Source: Gnetum montanum (lineage: Eukaryota; Plantae; Gnetophyta). From it: a stretch of 64,000 nucleotides of DNA. A program made the position numbers and the translations under genes. The first letter of the stretch is position 1; each line of letters opens with the position of its first letter. The stretch is from the NCBI GenBank assembly GCA_015680685.1, contig MNCI01002357.1, positions 175,926-239,925 on the forward strand, read 5' to 3'. The notes beneath the pieces are model-generated. The model was not told where the DNA came from. It saw only the letters and a list, made by a program, of their open reading frames with translations, and did no database searches. Below, piece after piece: positions 61,834 to 64,000 of the stretch.

Positions 61834-64000
61834 TGTAATTTTTGGATCCTTGACATGTATGTTTCTTTTCTAAAGGCTTATGCTTTCTTAGTACCTAAGT
61901 GTGTTATAGATGATAGCAATATGTAGCTTGGTATATTTTATGATTATATATTTTAATATTTTATGCTTAATGAGCCTTATGGTATGTGTATGAATTAATG
62001 TATGTATGCATATCTTTAATATATATATTCCACTTAGTAGATGTACACTAATCCTATTATTGAGTGTGATAGGATTTCATGGAAGGTTTAGTTAGAAGCA
62101 TGGTAGGTTGATGATCTATGGTTTGCTTAATATTCCTTGATGATTATTTTATGCTCTTTTTGACATCTTATGTTATCTTATGAGATATTAGGATAATTTA
62201 GAATAATTTTTTATTAGCATATGCCTTATTATTTGTGTTTATGATTGTAGATGGTACATGAGAGAGCATGTGTACGAGAGAAGGGAAAGTTATGTATATG
62301 ATGAGAGAGATTAATGGAAGTATTCTTTTAGTTAAACTCTTGTCTTAGGTAACTGGAAAATTTTCCCTTTCCATAATTTTTAGTAACTTTTTGTTTCAAC
62401 TTCCATAGCTCTTTCATTTCACACACCTTGACAAGTTTAGCAAAGACAACATAAAGATGCTATTGGAGATTGGAGCTTGTGAAGGTGCTAAGGTGCTAAT
62501 GGGTTCTGGGTCAGTTGTACTTTTGATAAGACCGTTTCTATGTTTCATTCTTCTCATGTAGACTTTTTCATACAAACTTTAAGTGAGTAATCTTGACTCC
62601 TTTTCCATTTTTGATTTGCAAGTTTGTATACATTCGAGGGATGAATTTTGTTGATGCTTAATTCTACAATGTTATGTTATTTTGCAGAAGTTGTGGGTCC
62701 TCTTTTAATCATTTGTAATTATTAATTTGATGATTTTTTTATTCAATTTACTTAGCATAGTCAATCATTGTTCTACTAATTTTGGAAGTGAGTTTTCGAA
62801 GAATTGATCTCAATAATTTTGCAAGTTTGGATTTTGTTATTTCAATTGGTCAATATTTATTGTAATCATACTTTATGGCTGCTATAATTCTTGTCATGTA
62901 TGATCATTGGTTTGGAAAGAGATTATGGATTTATCCCATGTGATGACCAATTGGAGCTTTGGGATTTTGATTCCTTTTTTTGTACCTTACCTTAACAAGG
63001 TTCTTCCTTTTTGATTATGAGCCCTTATTAATATGATAATTAATGTTCCTTTACCTTTATGATGTTGTTGATTGGATGCTCTTCTTGTTGTCTATGTGTC
63101 CTCTTAATGGTGTGGATACAAATTTCCTTGTTGTGCTAGATCCATTCTTTCATTGTATCCAATTTAATCCATAAGTGCCATTGTTGCTTCTTTGTCCTAC
63201 TCTCTTATTGAACTTATCCCTAGGTTGGTAGATCCTTTTGAATTTGTTTCTATGATTTCTTTCTACATTTTATATTGTTTAAACTTGAATTTAACCAATA
63301 TTTGACTCTTTTATAACTCAGAATATACGCCCCTATTCTCAAAGAGATGTCTCTCCCAAAAGCCAAGACTCCCAAGTAGACATCTCTACCCTACTTAAGA
63401 CATCTACTTTTCAATGTATATGTCTTTCCCAACCTATAGACATCTCTTAATAGATTTCTTCCATCTTGCAAGACATCCTCCTCTTCCTATAGACATCTCC
63501 TCCACTCTATAGACATCTTCATCTAGACATTTCCTATTTCAGATATATCTTTCCTATAAGCCCAACACTATAATAAACTTGTTTCTAGTAAAGTTTAGTC
63601 TTTCATATGAGTCTAGAATTTGGTTTTCTTGGCTCTTGAAATTCTTGAATCCTTGTTGAAGTCTTCTATCTCTATGAAATCTTTTTTATTCCCCTTTGGA
63701 CTCGTGAGTGTTGGACACTCTTCTTACATAAGTGTATATTGCTTAACTTGGACATCAATCAATTTGTGAATTTCCTTACCAGTTATCATAGTTCTCATAT
63801 TGTTGAAAATCTATTTAATTTGTTGGAACTTGGTGATTATGATCTCTCCACAATGGTTTAATATTTGATTTTGATCCCTTTGATTGTTGGATTACCTTAG
63901 ATAGTTGGATTTCTTTGGTTTGGATGTTTCCCTCCACCATCAATTTAGATTACTAGGTTTATATGTTTGTTGGGTAATTGAATGTTAGAGCTAGCATTAA
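61834..64000. repeat. Unclassified non-coding, probably LTR-derived sequence with an AGACATCT/AGATGTCT array at 63340-63560
   Basis: Starts TGTA, has no ORF of 60 aa or more, and shares the motif array of the F and G LTRs. Confidence 0.4.

Noticed and set aside
58652-61837. E as a clean solo LTR
   Set aside because: Left flank ACTAT is not repeated after 61832 and the rest of the D LTR does not resume, so the structure is unresolved.
63340-63560. CRISPR-like repeat/spacer appearance (also 30540-30825)
   Set aside because: Repeats are only about 8 bp and degenerate, spacers about 12 bp, there are no cas genes, and the context is eukaryotic LTR DNA.

Overview
AT-rich, strongly CpG/CHG-depleted plant nuclear DNA. 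A gymnosperm-like genome is suggested by a Tat element with aRH upstream of RT, but the host is not provable from sequence alone. Almost all of the window is a nest of decayed LTR retrotransposons, and I found no intact host gene. It holds four copies of one Athila family (A1-A4), two copies of a second Athila family carrying an env-like 3' ORF (D, D2), a near full-length Tat element (B; GAG-PROT-aRH-RT-RH-INT plus an open 3' extra ORF with its own TATA box), two CRM/chromovirus-like elements (G; H, an internally deleted gag-protease derivative), a solo-LTR-like insert (F) and a ~3.2 kb LTR (E). Junctions imply a six-layer nest (A4 < G < D2 < A3 < B < A2). The most notable signals are: (1) each family carries its own array of CpG-centred motifs just upstream of its TATA box, and family D repeats its motif upstream of the env-like ORF; (2) a conserved C-x7-C-x-C-x14-C-x2-C module between protease and RT in family A; (3) a 5S rRNA internal-promoter fragment in the unclassified 42.6-47.1 kb block; (4) the open extra ORF of element B. 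LTR ends and PBSs were read by eye; internal domain boundaries are approximate.
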